From assembly GCF_009914755.1 (NCBI RefSeq), contig NC_060932.1: 64,000 bases of DNA. One strand, given 5' to 3'. The translations under genes and the position numbers were made by a program. Positions 28,295 to 43,072 of this stretch are shown here, one piece after another. Source of the DNA: the human T2T-CHM13v2.0 reference genome, Homo sapiens. Under the pieces are notes generated by a model. The model made no database searches, was not told where the DNA came from, and worked only from the letters and a program-made list of their open reading frames with translations. The stretch's first letter is position 1; each line of letters opens with the position of its first letter.

Positions 28295-31003
28295 TAGAAT
28301 GGATTTTTAAACCACCCATGCATGAGCCAATCTCCCACACAAGCTCAAAGTCTAAACCTTTTAGAGTTGGTCTGGGCTCTTCAGATCAAGGCAGTCAGGT
28401 TTGTCTTGCCACCTCTTGGAACACTTGATGCAAATAATCGTCACAGAAAGGTGAGGCTCTTGTCCTGCCACCCATCTCCGAAGGTGATTTATTATCACCA
28501 AATCCCACCCCCATGACAATCCTTGCTGGGCGATATGAGCAGGTCCATCCCACCGAAACTCCTCCAAGCCCCTATCCTTCCTCACATGAGGCAGAGACGG
28601 GCAGCATAGCTCTCCCAGGCTGATTATCAACCAACTGAAAATGGCTGTCTGTTAACCTACTGCAACAATAAAGGGATAAGATGGATTTTTAACAAAACAA
28701 AGAAGAAAACCTTTCAAAATCCTACTCTTGCAGTACCATAGGCTATGTGCTTTAACAATAACACTGCAATACCTCAGAATACTAAAATTCCTCTTTTGGA
28801 ATTGCCTTCCACATACCCCTCTATGCACACAAATAATGTCATCTGTTCGGAATGAATTAAGAAATTCACCCAAAATTATAAAAGCAATTCACCCAGGGTC
28901 CTCGGCTTCCTCCCTCACTCTGCAGAGAAGCAAGGGTCCGCCACACTCAGAAGACCATAAATGGCATCTCTAAAATCCTGATGGTCCTCGGGATGGCAGG
29001 ATGCCAGAGGTTCAAGCTGTTTCCAGGATTCCTCCCCATGGGATGCCACGGGTGTGTTAGATCACCTGCAGGTTGTTCTACAGGTGACTCCACTGGAAGC
29101 TTAGTCACAGGTCTCGCCTGCAGGGAAACATGTGCCTGTCCTGACTAAATCTGAGAATGCACACAAAGGAGTAGCCCACCCTATAGACAGGCTAGCAAGG
29201 GCTTCGTGGTCACTGTGGTTACCCAGAGGGAGGCCCCTGGGATGGGACACAAGCACCGGCACAGACAAGGCCCAGGCAGATGCAGAGCTCAGACCAGATC
29301 TGTCCAGCATACAGGTATAGAAGAACTCTGTTGCTAAACTCCCAGGGGCCCAAGCACCTCCTGCAGGTAGACCTAGCAACACCACCTCTCCCAGCTCGTT
29401 GGAGCTTACTGAATGCTTTCTCCACTCCAGCTTCTGTGCCGAGCACCGCCCATGCATTGATCCCAGGTCATCTATGGAGTGGCATGAATATGCCTACACT
29501 GTAGATGAGATACTTAAGACTCAGAAATGTGAACTCACTTACCCAGAGCCACACAGCCAGGAGCCAGCAGACTTTTACCATGTCTATTTTAAGGTTCAAG
29601 AGGCATGTCTGCATGAAGCAAGTTAATGGTGGAAACTGATGGGCCCCCAACCTGGTGCACTTTCCCTTATGCCACATGGTTCCTATGCCGTAGAATATAG
29701 GAGACATGCTGTTCACCCACAACGTCACTTCTAGCTCTCCCTCTCTTAATAAATAGTGCTTGTGACAATCACTGTGGTCATAACAAGGATAACAGAAGAC
29801 CATGCATTAAGAATTGCTTTTTATGTTTTACACTTGATCTGCAATGAAGTGGTTATTATTACTTGGACATGAAGAAGTGGAAACTCACCCAAGTTAAGAA
29901 ACTTGCCCAAGAGCACACAGCTGGTAAAGTGGAAGAAAGGGGCGGAGTCTCCTATTCTCACTGTGCTGGGAATGTGTGAAAGGAGTTGGGGTTTCTGCCA
30001 AATGCATGTGTTCCTGGATTTGGGCAGGGTGGAAAATGACTTGTGAGCTTTGCTCCATGCCACTCTGGGAAGCCATCTCAAGGTATTTCACAGCTCACCT
30101 CAAGACTAAGAGATAAGGGACCCCTGCCCTGTCTCAGGAGAAGGAAGCAGACAGGAGCCTGGCAAGATGGTCCTGGAAGGAGGGAGATTTGTGTCTGTCC
30201 CAGCAGTGGGTATTGGGAGAAGCCGGTGGATGATTTTACACTCAAAAGTCTCCATCCCTTTGATCCATGTTAGCATAGCAGGCTTCTCCTCCTGTCATTT
30301 GAACTTCCAAGGAGAGGTTTGAATCCACTGTTCATATTTCCCACTCAAAAATATAAATGGAACTAGAGGCACAGTTCCATGCCTCTAGACACTGGCTTAA
30401 GCCTGTTGTCAGGCCTTGAATTGCCAGCTTCTCGTGTCCTGGGACTCCAATGCAGGGCTGCAGGGAGAGAGAAGGGTCAGGCTCAGACATGAGACCCATC
30501 ACTACAGGAGGCTCCCCTGGTCCCCGAGTGGGTCTGCATGGTGCAGAAAAGCAAGAGAGAAGCATAAATTCAATGTAGCAGAGCGAACTGGCTTCCTTCC
30601 TATGGTAGGATCCTGGGTACAGCATGGAAACTGAAAATGACAAGTGGGAAAGACTCGATGAGCAAGCACAGGGAGGCCAGCAGAGAGCAAAGCCAGGTCC
30701 CAGGCCCTGGGCATGGATTCAGCCACCGGTTTTGGTCTAAAAGCAAGACGGAGACATCCAAACCAAAGCCAGGTGGCCCGTAAAGGGGCGATGGGCACCA
30801 GACAGGAAGGAGGTCAAGAGCCTCCCTGACGCTGAGCCTGGTGCTCCCAGGCCTCCCTAGGTACCAGGCTGACTGTCTTGAAGCCTAGTCTGACCCCCGC
30901 ATTGACTGCCTAAACCCCATCACAAGCTGCTCACTGTCCTCCTGGTTAGCCCCAAACTTCCCAATAGGGTCCCCAAGACCCCTTGTACAGAAGCCCCCGC
31001 TAA

Positions 31004-31257
<254 letters not shown>

Positions 31258-34159
31258 CAAGGTATTTTAAATTCCTGAACTCACATGCTTTTTATTTTCC
31301 AGTTTTGTACCCTCTGGTTCCTACACCTGGGGCATTGCTCACATTTTCCCCTGTTCACCCTTTAGCTTGCAGCTCTGACTACACTTTCTCCGGGAAGCTG
31401 ACACTCAGGCCCGAATGTGGCTGGCTGCCGCTCCTGTGACTCCTCCACTGCTGGGCCCACCTGGAGCTGGAGTCTGTCACCATGCAACTGCCTCCTGTGT
31501 CTGCTGTCCTCTACAGACTCCTGTGCCACCCAGAGCCTGTGACCTGTGCACCATTTATTTTCCTGAATATTTAGCTCGATGCCTATGTTTGTGGAAAGAA
31601 GGAGGAAACGGAGGGAGGAATGAAAGTGGGAGGAAGGAAGGAAGAAATGAAGGAAGGAAGTTAAGAACTAGCCCAGTGGCTGGCACCCGGAAGAGTGACA
31701 GATCAGCCCCACCAGAATGTGGGGAGAGTCAAAGGGACTCTGTCCTCCCTTCCTGCCTCCCAGTTGACTCAGCGCCTAGATCCTGGGTAGGGGAGCCCAT
31801 GGAGGGAAGCATCAGCTGCCAGGCCGGGTAGAGGGGCAGCAATGGGGGGACCAGGTGACAAAGAGACTCTCAGCCTCTCTGTAGGATTGACCAGGCATGT
31901 GGTAGTGCCTGGAAGTGGGGAAAGTTGCTACAGCTGAAGAAGTCTTGGAAGGCAGCATTTCGGCATCATTGTGCTTCTCCATCCTTCTTCCTCTAAAGGG
32001 GGGTGTCTTTCTATCCAATTCCTCCCACAAGACTCACGTGTCCTCCTCCAGCTGAGGAAAGCCTGGCAGACTCTAGCATGACTGGGAGTAAAGGTGGCTG
32101 GGCAATCTCAGCACCAGGAATGCACATTCACACCACGAGACAGGGCAAAGGCTAGGTCCCTTCCCGGCAGGGGGATGCGCCAGCCTCGGGCTTCCTGGAA
32201 TTCTCATCTGCCTGACCAGCTGATGGCAGAGTCACGGTGACTCAGGACTGAATATTCAGCTGCGATGTTCGATGCTAGGTGTGGTGCACGTCACAGGTGA
32301 GCAAAACCAAAGGAACTGGAAAAGCTTCACATTTGAGTTTACCATTGTCACTGAGTTGTTTTACAGGGAGGAGCCTGAGGTGCAGACGGTATCAGCTACA
32401 GGCCAGGTTGTGTCTCTAAGCCAGATGAGTGTCCTCATCCTTAAGGAGTCATCTTCCTCTAATCCTCTGGTTCTCATCCCCATCTCAGCTGCTTTTGAAA
32501 ATTAAATATTATGCCAAGGCACCTCCTGCAGTGATGTGACTTCCTTGTCTGGGGTGGATCTTTAGCTGTTATTATTAAGATACCTCATTGTGTTCATTCT
32601 GCATCCAGAGCTCAGAACCATTGCTTGAAGTACAGAGTTGTGGTTCTTCCTGAACAAAGTGTTTCTGGGTCCTCCTATGTGTTGTGAGCGTTGCCTGGAA
32701 CCGAGGCCCTGCTGGGGGTCATGGTCTTCTGCTGTGGTCACCTCCATGTAAAAGATGATGCCCTCTCTCCAGGAGCACACAGGAGGGTTGCAGTGGACCA
32801 CAGTCACCCTCCCCTGACCAAAAGTTCCCTCAAACTCCCTTACACTTTTGTACGAGACCTATGCAGTACAAACAGAACATTTTATCAAAGTTTCTGGAGA
32901 TTTCATCAAAGAAGGGCAACAAATTAAAGTCTGGAAAATTAATGCTTTTCCCAGATTCCAAAAGGGAAGTTTCTTTGCTTAGGTCCTTTAAAAGGCCAGT
33001 GGGCTCTTACGTGTTCCAGCCTCAGTCTCTTGACCCCAAGTTGTCCTCCTCCTTCATTCACCCTCCTTCTCTCCTTCACTGCTTGGGAGTGCAGTCTTGC
33101 TTCACTGCTCTCCTTCACTCCCTCCCTCCCACCTGCCAGCAGTGAGGACACCACTTGATTGTTCCAGCACCTCTTTCCCTTCGCTTAAACAGGCTGGAGC
33201 AGTCACTGAGAAAAGCAGCAGGAATATCATGGGTATCTAGTGACACCCAAGCTCCAGAGAACATTAAGCCTGAGGGGCTGAGTTCTCTAAAATGCCTTGT
33301 CTACTGGGTACTGGTCGAACCCTCAGGCTGTCTCCATGCATGCCCACCAGGGTGAGTGCAAACAAACTTATTTCTTAGCTCATGAACCTGTTAGATAGAA
33401 CATCTGTACAACTCCCCAGGACAAATGTTAGGTTCTGAGGACAGTACAGTCTCAACCCCAAGTGAAGAAAGAAATATTTCCCTGATTACTGAGATGCTTC
33501 TCACTTCCCCAAGAGCTAGGATCTCATTGTTCACCAAAGTAGCATTTGATTTCTTTCCTGCTCCACCTCATGCCTTCTTGGATCATTAAGGTACACTGTC
33601 ACCCTCTTTTTGTATCTCAGGAGGTGTTGAACCTGGATTCTTCAAGTTAGGATCAAATTAAATATGTTTTTTCTTCCTGGAAAAAAGGAAAAAAAGGTAA
33701 GAAGAAGTTGGAACCTTGAAAAAAGAACAAATAGATTGCAGGGTAGGGAAAGAAACAGCTACCTCATTTATTTGGCTGAGTAGCCTTTATGGAAATAAAA
33801 ATAGAGAAAAAGACTTCCTTTTCAAAGAAGCTGTCCCCAGGAAATGGAGAAATGCCAAAAACCACCTCTGTGCACATGCTTGTATCAGAGAGGAATAGAG
33901 AACAGGAGGGTACTGATTTCCACTCCTATAATCTTCCGTCTCCAAAAACTAGATAAAGAGATTTCAATGTGTTTTTGAGAAAAACTAAAACACATTTTTG
34001 GTTTGCCATTGCACAGAACGGCATGAGGAACTCATAGCATGACTTAAAGAAGATGCCCAGTTTTGAGATTGAATTAATGGGCAACTGCTCAAAGATGTGA
34101 TATTCTTAAATATACTCTGAGATCTGAAGTTAACAAAGAGAAAAAAAATAGTGCATTGA

Positions 34160-34870
34160 TTTTATAAGCAAAGGAACTACAAACACTAAAGAAAAACAAT
34201 TAACAACATGACAATAGTAAGTCATTACCTATCACTTTGAATGTAAATGGATTAAATTTTCTAATCAAAACATGTAAAGTGGTTGAATGTATCAAAAAGC
34301 AAGGTCCAACTATATGCTGTCTACAAGAGACTCACTTTAGCTAGAAGGACTCACACAGGCTGAAAGTAAAGGGATGGGAAAAATATTCCATGGAAGTGGT
34401 AACCAAAAAGAGCAAGAGTGGCTGTTCCTACATCAGATAAAAGAGACTTTAAGTCAAAAGCTGTAACAAGAGACAAATAAAGTTATTATATAATGATAAA
34501 GTGGTCAATTCATCAAGAAAATAAAACAATTATAAATATATAAAGCAAAGATTTAGAGAACTGAAAGGAGTAACAGCAATTCAGTAATATCAGAGATTTC
34601 AACACCCCACTTTCAACATTGGATAGGTCATCTAGAAAGAAACACAACAAAGAAACAGTGGACTTGAACAACACTAAAGACCAAATGGACCTGACAGACA
34701 TATCCTGAACATTCTATTCAACAGAAGAATACACGTTCTTCTCAAGGGCACGTAGAATATTTTCCAGAGTAGATAACATGTGAGGCCACAAAACAAGTTA
34801 ATAAATTTAAGAAGATTAACATCATATGAAGTATGTTTTACCAACCACAATGGTGTGAAACTAGAAATGT
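34160..34870 (+). mobile_element. L1 ORF2 (endonuclease region) fragment
   Basis: ttgaatgtaaatggattaaa...atatgctgtctacaagagactcac...accaaatggacctgacagacat. Confidence 0.85.
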
Positions 34871-35275
34871 GTGTGTGTATGTAGAAGTGTGTGTCTTTTT
34901 CTGTAAAGAGGGAGGGATAAGATGTATTCTAGATGTGAGGAAGAGAGAGAAGAACATAAGAGCTCTAATGTTCTAATGTAAGAATATGCGGCTCTGATCT
35001 GGGATTTCCCTGAAGTTTGTGTGAGCGGGACTTGTGGATCTAGATGTTATGACATCACAGAACTTCGCAAAGGCCATATTGAAATAAAAATTGGCCAGTG
35101 TCCTGGACCCAAGATACAAGCAGATGGTAAAAGAACATAATTTCTCTGTTTTAGGGAAGATCTCAAAATAAGCATCATTCAAGTGGTTCTCCAAAGACCA
35201 TCAGAGCCAGGCCAGTGAGAGATAGTAAGGAATTGGGTACTACAGTGCATTGGAGCACTCATATTCTATGTAAGG

Positions 35276-35800
35276 AAGCTGTCCCCAACCTTTTTGGCAC
35301 CAGGGACTAGCTTTGTAGAAGACAATTTTTCCATGGACCAAGGTGGGGGAGATGGTTTTGGAATGATTCAAGTGCATTACATTTATTGTGCACTTTATTT
35401 CTATTATTACATTGTAACATACAGTGAAATAATTATACAACTTATCATAGTGTAGAATCAGTGGGAGCCCTGAGCTTGTTTTCCTGCAACTAAAGAGCTC
35501 TATCTGGGGGTGATAGGAGAGAGTGACAGATCATCAGGCATTAGATTCTTATAAGAAACATGCAACCTAGATCCCTGGCACGCACAGTTCACAATAGGGT
35601 TTGCAGTCCTATGAGAATCTAATGCTGCCACTTATCTTACAGGAGGTGGGGCTCAGGTGGTAATGCAAGTGATGAGGAGCAGCTTTAAATACAGATGAAG
35701 CTTCGCTCACTTGCCTGTCACCCACCTCATGCTGTGTGGCACGGTTCCTAACAGTCCAGGGACGGGTACTGGTCCATGGCCCAGAGGTTGGGGACCTGTG
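35276..35800. mobile_element. MER1A (hAT-Charlie)
   Basis: gtccccaacctttttggcaccagggac...gaggttggggacc; about 525 bp. Confidence 0.85.
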
Positions 35801-36229
35801 ATGTAACGGGACAAGAGATTTTTGGATAAATCTCAGTGTTACATGTAGAAACGTGGGCCCTGGTGGTTTAATCATTGAATTTTTCTGAGGAAGTCAGAAA
35901 ACTGAATTTTTATGCAAAATTTTTAGTGTTTTAAATGTTGACACCTAATATCAAAATACTTCGATGGACTATATTTTACTCATGGGCTTCCAATTCAAGA
36001 CTCTGGTTTAGATGCAGGAATCAGCTTGACAATTCAATGAACCATGAAGACTTAGACCTGTAATGACCTCAGAAATCCATGATTCCTTTCCCTTTTGTAG
36101 GCAGAATAAAAAATGGAAGGGCTAGACTTGGTCAACAGTTAGTCTAAATTTACATAGCAAATTTGTAAAAAAACTGGGACTGAAACATAGGTCTCTAAAT
36201 CTCTTCCATTCTTTGCACTATACCTCACT

Positions 36230-36840
36230 ATATTAGTTATCCATTGCTGCATAACAAATTATCCCAAAACTTAGTGGATGAAGACGAGAAACATTGTTAT
36301 CTCACACATTCTGTGGATTGTAGAAACTAGGCATGGCCCAGCTGGGTGCTTCTAGATCAAGCTCAGTCATGAAGTCGCAGTTAAGCTGTCAGCCAGGGCT
36401 GCATTTGTATCTGAAGCCTACACAGGGAAGGATCTACTTCCATAAACTCACTCACATGGTTATTGGAGGGAGTTAGTTCCCTGTGGGCTGGTATATTAAG
36501 AGCCTTAGTGACTGACTAGCTGTTGGCCAGAGAAGCCCCTCAGTTCATTGCCTTGTAGGTCTCTCCATAGGGCGACTCAAAACATGGCAGCAGGCTTCCA
36601 CAAGAGCAAGAAGAGTGAGAAGGCATCCAAAACTGAACCCACAGCCTTTTTATAGCGTACTCTCATGACTTCTGAGATTAGGTTATAATCTATTGCTTCA
36701 TAGACTTATAATCTATTTATTAGAAATGAGTGAATGAGGCCAGCTCATAATCAAAAGGAGTGGCTTACACCAGAGCATGAATCACAGCATTTCACAAAGA
36801 CAGGAATCCTTGGCAGCAATCGTAGAGGCTGCCTGCCACA
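36230..36840. mobile_element. MLT1 (MaLR) LTR
   Basis: tattagttatccattgctgcataacaaattatcccaaaacttagtgg...gaggctgcctgccaca. Confidence 0.8.
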
Positions 36841-36863
36841 CTCAGTGTCTCATAAATTTATGC

Positions 36864-37087
36864 CAGGGGTCAGAAAACTATGGACTGCTGGCTAAATCCA
36901 GTTGCCACCCAGTTTTATAAATAAATTTTTATTGGAACAAAGCCATGGCCATTTGTTTATGTATTGTTTATGACTGCTTCTGTACTATAGCTGCAGAATT
37001 AAGTAGTTGCAACAGAAGCCACATGGCCAGCAATGCCTAGAAATATCTACTGTCTAGCCCTTTACAGAAAAGGTTTGCTGGCCCCTA
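36864..37087. mobile_element. MER58A (hAT-Charlie)
   Basis: caggggtcagaaaactatgg...ttttattggaaca...aaaaggtttgctggccccta. Confidence 0.8.
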
Positions 37088-37412
37088 ATATATGCAATCA
37101 TAAAACCTCTTGAAAAATATGGAAGAGGAGATTGAGTCAGAGATGTCAAATTCATCATTTTATTGAATTTTTCTTGGTGCTCTAGCACCATAAATACCAT
37201 GCTATGTAATTTTATAAGGCAGTTAGCTGGAAATTCTCAAAACAGGAGTAGCCCTGTGGTCTGAGCCAAGTGGGTGAGGTGTGGCTTCCATTCCCCAAGC
37301 CCTCTCTCATTTATTCTCCACCATATATAATCATTTACCTTTCCACTGGGAAACCCCACACCAAAAACCTTTGACAGAAACATGGATATAAAATATAACT
37401 ACAATAACCTGA

Positions 37413-37806
<394 letters not shown>

Positions 37807-39417
37807 TCCTCCTTATCCTTAAGTAAAAATTCTGATACCTACTTTATGCCTTTTTTTGTCAGAGAAATGCATTAAAGCACCATTGCCATGCCAGGTACGT
37901 AATAACAGCTCCATAGATACTAGCCACCATGTGCAAATCATTTAATAGTCATCCATGGCCTATTACCACATCAGTCAATAGGCTCATTTCAATTACCAGT
38001 TCTGAAGAAAGGATAGTGGCAGACGACCTGTTTTAACAAAAAGTCCCCTGGGTCACACCTTTTGCCTTGGATGCATCACTTCCCCACCTCAGCTGCCAGC
38101 CCATTGATGAGTTGAGCTCATGATTGCTTTGTAAGAGCCACCTGTCCCCTAAAAGTCCTCCCTGAGGAAGCAGCCATCAGAACTGTGTAGGCTGGTGGCC
38201 AGAGGTAGTATAGGGTGTGTTTTTACTGGGACAGGGCCATGATTAAATAGAAAGAACCCGGTTGGAGTTACCCAGTGTAAACAGAAGGTGAGGTAGTATT
38301 ATGCACTTCATTCTATTTGTGGTGAAAATATTGCTGCCAAATGGGTAGAAAAATGTCTTTAGGGTAGCTTTATATGAATTTCTCATACACTTATCCCCTC
38401 CTTGATTTTGCCTATAGGAATTAGGAGAGTCAGTCCCCATCTTGTCAGGCATGATTTTAGAAACTCTGGGAAAGGCATGCAACCCCACATCACTGCTAAG
38501 CCTGTAAATTCCTAAACTAGTTTGAGCCTGTTTTAAAAAGATGCCATATGTTAAGCCTGGCTCTCTCTCCATAGCATGTCTCCCTCAGTGCCTGCTGGCA
38601 TCACCACTTTAATTCTAATTGATGGGACCGCCACCTACCCTGTCCCCTGAACAGTATCCCTAGGCTGCCTCCTCTCTTAATTGCTTCTCTCATGCTCAAC
38701 CATTGTATTAACTCTTGATTGCTTCTTCTAGATGGCTCTGGCACTCAGGTCTGCCTCTTTCTCCCACTGGCATCCGAAACACAGCAGACCTGAGTTCAGC
38801 TCTTGGTCTTCTGGCCTTCAGTCTCATAAGCCTCTGCTCCACCCTCCATATCATATCTGCACCAAAGCACGATACCAGCATTCCCTAAAGGCAAGGGTTA
38901 CTGGGGGCCATTGCAGTGGCTGCCTGCCACACTCAGTATCTCACGAATTTATTTATGTTTTGTTAAACCATAAGTGTGTTCAGATTGTTCTCATGTTGTA
39001 AATCATTTGTTGTCTTTGCATTAGCTGCTACTGTTCTCTCCCTATTTCCTTGCTCTTCTGGAAGTATTTCTTCTTTGTGATATTCATCCTGAGCATCCTA
39101 GGAGATACTCTAGGATTTGAAAATAATTCTTATTATCTAAAGGGTGAAAGCAACATAGGACTTGAGTATGTACTTTCTCATTAATATAAGGACATAAATG
39201 AAAAGACACCATCTATTAAAGATAATAAGAAATGTTCACAAATAGTATATGGCATTCATTATGGAAGTTGGTAGAAGCTCCAAGTGTCATGCAAAATGTG
39301 CTCTGCAGAACTGCAGAGGAGGGAGGGATCTCTTTCAACTGGGGTGATTGTGATCATGAGGAACTGGTATTTGAGTTGGTCCCTGAAAATTATGCAAACC
39401 ACTTTGTAGAAAGAATT

Positions 39418-39710
<293 letters not shown>

Positions 39711-42700
39711 TCAGAAAGAACCTAGTTTCCAACATCTATCACCAAGCAATTTGGAGAATGAAGTTGATATTTACAGAAAAAGTGATGTAAAGATTGGTTG
39801 AGAACATTGGGGAAATGGTCCAGACTAGAGATGAAGATGGAAGGTAGCTGCATGCAGGCATAGATAACCACATCCCAAAGATCATACGAAGCCAGCAGAG
39901 GCCCACGAGTAAGCATCTGGAATACAGTTAGGAGCATGGGAGCATCAACTGGCCTTTCCCCATTTGGGAAATGCAGATAAGTGTATCAACATTATTAAAT
40001 TACTGCATGATTCAAATGAAATAAATGCAAGTAAATTGCTTAGCACAGTGTCTAGAACATAATATGTGCTCAATAGATCTGTTACAATGACGTGACAATG
40101 ATGATAAGGAGGAGGATCATTATCATCATCATCATTATGATTGCCATGAAAATGTTAAATTCTTGAAGATGTTCCCTTTTGGGGACTTCAGGGACAGGAG
40201 AAGGAGGAAAACTTCCATGATGAATCAAAGGCAGTAATGGGAAGGATAGGAGGAGACAATGGAAAGCGGATGTCTGTTATATCGTGTTACTGTCAGCTTG
40301 TATCTTTTTCCATTAGACTGGGAAATAGTGAAAATTCAGAGCCTAGAGAGTAAATATTGTTTATCTTTCTTTCCTGCACAGCACCAGGTCCTAAGACCCT
40401 AATACAGAGCAGATGTCCATGAAGTTCTCTGGACGTTGAATTGAAATTGAGGGATAGGTTTCTGAAAGTGGCCTTACGAGGCACATGTTGCAAAACGGTC
40501 AGGTTGGAAGATTACAGACAAAAAACTCATTGAGCTGGGGATGTAAAAGGCTTGGCTGGACTTAGGAAGAGTAGTTTGGACAGATTTCTTGAGATGCTAG
40601 GATGCAAAGAATTTAGGGACAATGGGGTGATGGAAAAGGGTACACACCTAAGTATAGACCACTACACATGAGTGTAGATCACCAATAGTCAAGGGATGAC
40701 TCTGAGAGCAGGCAGAGAAATGACTGGACATGCTGGCTTCAGGTCACAATGCTGCAATTCACTACAGCATGTCATTCAACCTCTCTGAGCCTCAGTGTCT
40801 TCATCTATAAAATTGGAAAAATGTCTGCCTTTATTTGTGTAACTTATATAATGGTGGTTGTGACAAGATTAATGGCTGCAAAGGAGAATGGCTGAGCCAA
40901 CCTTCATCTTAGACTATGTCAAGATGAAGAAGAGTTGACACCCTGGATTCCCGTGCTGGGAGCCCATGCCAGAGTCTTGATATTGTTAACCGAGGGTCAC
41001 GTGGGTGATACTTGGGTGATACATGGGTCACATGGTAATTTGCAATGTACAAGTCAATTTCACACCATTAACTCATAGGGCTTTCACTGTGACCTAAACA
41101 GGAAATGTACTGCTCTCTGTGCTTTGTTGCTGAGTTACAGATGCTCACAGAGCTTAGGTAATTTATTCAGGTAAACCCACGCCATACACGGTAGGGCTGA
41201 GTGATGGCCCAATGACCCCTCACTTCAGACCTGGTGCTTGTCTTCTACATAGCTCTGCCCTTTAGCCACAAACTTGGACCAATCACATCTCGGCTCCACA
41301 TTTTAAGAACAGGATTTAAAAAATAATAATTAAAGGGAAGTCTGACATGAACAAAGGTGATAAATAACTAAAGTTTCTCTTCCTCGCTCAACCTAATCAA
41401 AATTGTCGAAATGCTGGCTGTGAGAGCTACAAGGAAACCAAGCACATGGGTACAAAAATTTGCAGGATCTGCAGTTCCAAGTGCTGTGACTCAGAGCCCA
41501 GGAGCAGGGAGTGACAAGACCCAGCTCTCGTTAGTGTTGTGAGGCTTCAGACACATGAATCTATTCACCCAACTATTAGACAGCACATGTGTACTTCTTA
41601 TCATTTGAGAGGCTAAAAGTATTTATGACATAAAAAGGATTATAATAAGCCAAAAAGAGGGCAATTCACAGTTGTCAGTGGCTCCCTGGAGTAGAGAAGT
41701 AAATTACACAGTCTCTCTCTTCTATTGTTTGAAATTTTACCATAAAAATGCATTACTTTTATAATTTTCTTAAAACAGGTAAGTCCCCCTCAAAACGGAT
41801 TTTGTGTGTCTGGAGTATGTCCAAACTTGAAAAGGCTGATTGTCACAGCCCAATCTCCAATTCCCAGCTCCCAAACTAGTTGACAAGAAAAAGTGGCATT
41901 TTTCCTCACCAAGGAACTTTTATGAAATAGTGGTGTTGCCATAAAAATGCCTCCCAGTCTATGAAGGAACAGGTTAGACCAGGGGTTCACCTGTGGAAGT
42001 CTATTCTCCATGTGGAAAAGCAAGTCATCTCCAGCGTCTGACTGTCTTCACCCCAGGCTGAGAGCTGGTGCTAACCCTCTACAACGCCCAATGCCATCGT
42101 TATGTCTGACATAGTAAGACTGTGAAGTCAGCACCCATCCCACCCACACTCACCTCCTTCCCCCATTTATAAATATCTCCAATTGCTTTGTCTCAAATCA
42201 TGAACTAAAGAGGAAAGTTAGATTTTAAAAAGTAGCATCTACCTATCTAAAGTCTTAAATCTGCTGATTGAGCTCCACTCTTGGCTCAAAGAGTTATCTT
42301 TGAGTTATGATGAGTTATCTTTCTTCTACGTTTCTGCAGCCCTGTGCTTGAAATCTTCCTATGACTCCCATTAGAATTCATCCTAAATTTATCATTTGAC
42401 TGTCTGCCCATCTACCTGGCCCTACATGGAGCTTCTGGAGAGAAAGAACCAAGACTGGTCCCTCTTGGTATCTCATCCACTTCACCCTCACCTATGCTGA
42501 AGACATGATACTTGTCCCTTCCTATAGTATGTGTTCAGAGTTTTCTTACTGAATCTGACAGGTGTGGTGCACCCAAATTCTGAACACACACTCCCAGAAC
42601 TAACACACCCTTGATCCTTAGTGGATCCGTTATAATTGCATTCACACGAAGCAGCAGCTAGGAGACATCACGGTGACTTCAGCTCCCAATTGAATTGTCA

Positions 42701-43072
42701 TTGACTTACTTAGTTCCCAATTGATAGTCAACCAAATAAAACCCATCCACTGGATTCCTGAACATTTAAGTATAATAGCTGTTTTTTTTTTTTCTTTTTT
42801 AGCATTTTTCCCTCTAAACGTTGAATCTATATGCAGGGGAAATCATCTGGCCCCTGGACTGCCTTGAATGCTCCTGAGCCAAGAGTAACTTGAGGTCTTA
42901 AATGTCTATTCTGAAGCCCCTCTTTTGCACAGGGACAGTCATTGACTAGGAGGAGATGCCAGTCTATTAAATCTATCATCCCAGCATCCTCTTTCTCTGA
43001 TGAAGTAAAATTAAACACCTTCTTTACTCACAAATTTGGTAGGTTTTAGACAATGATGAAGAATCGGACATG

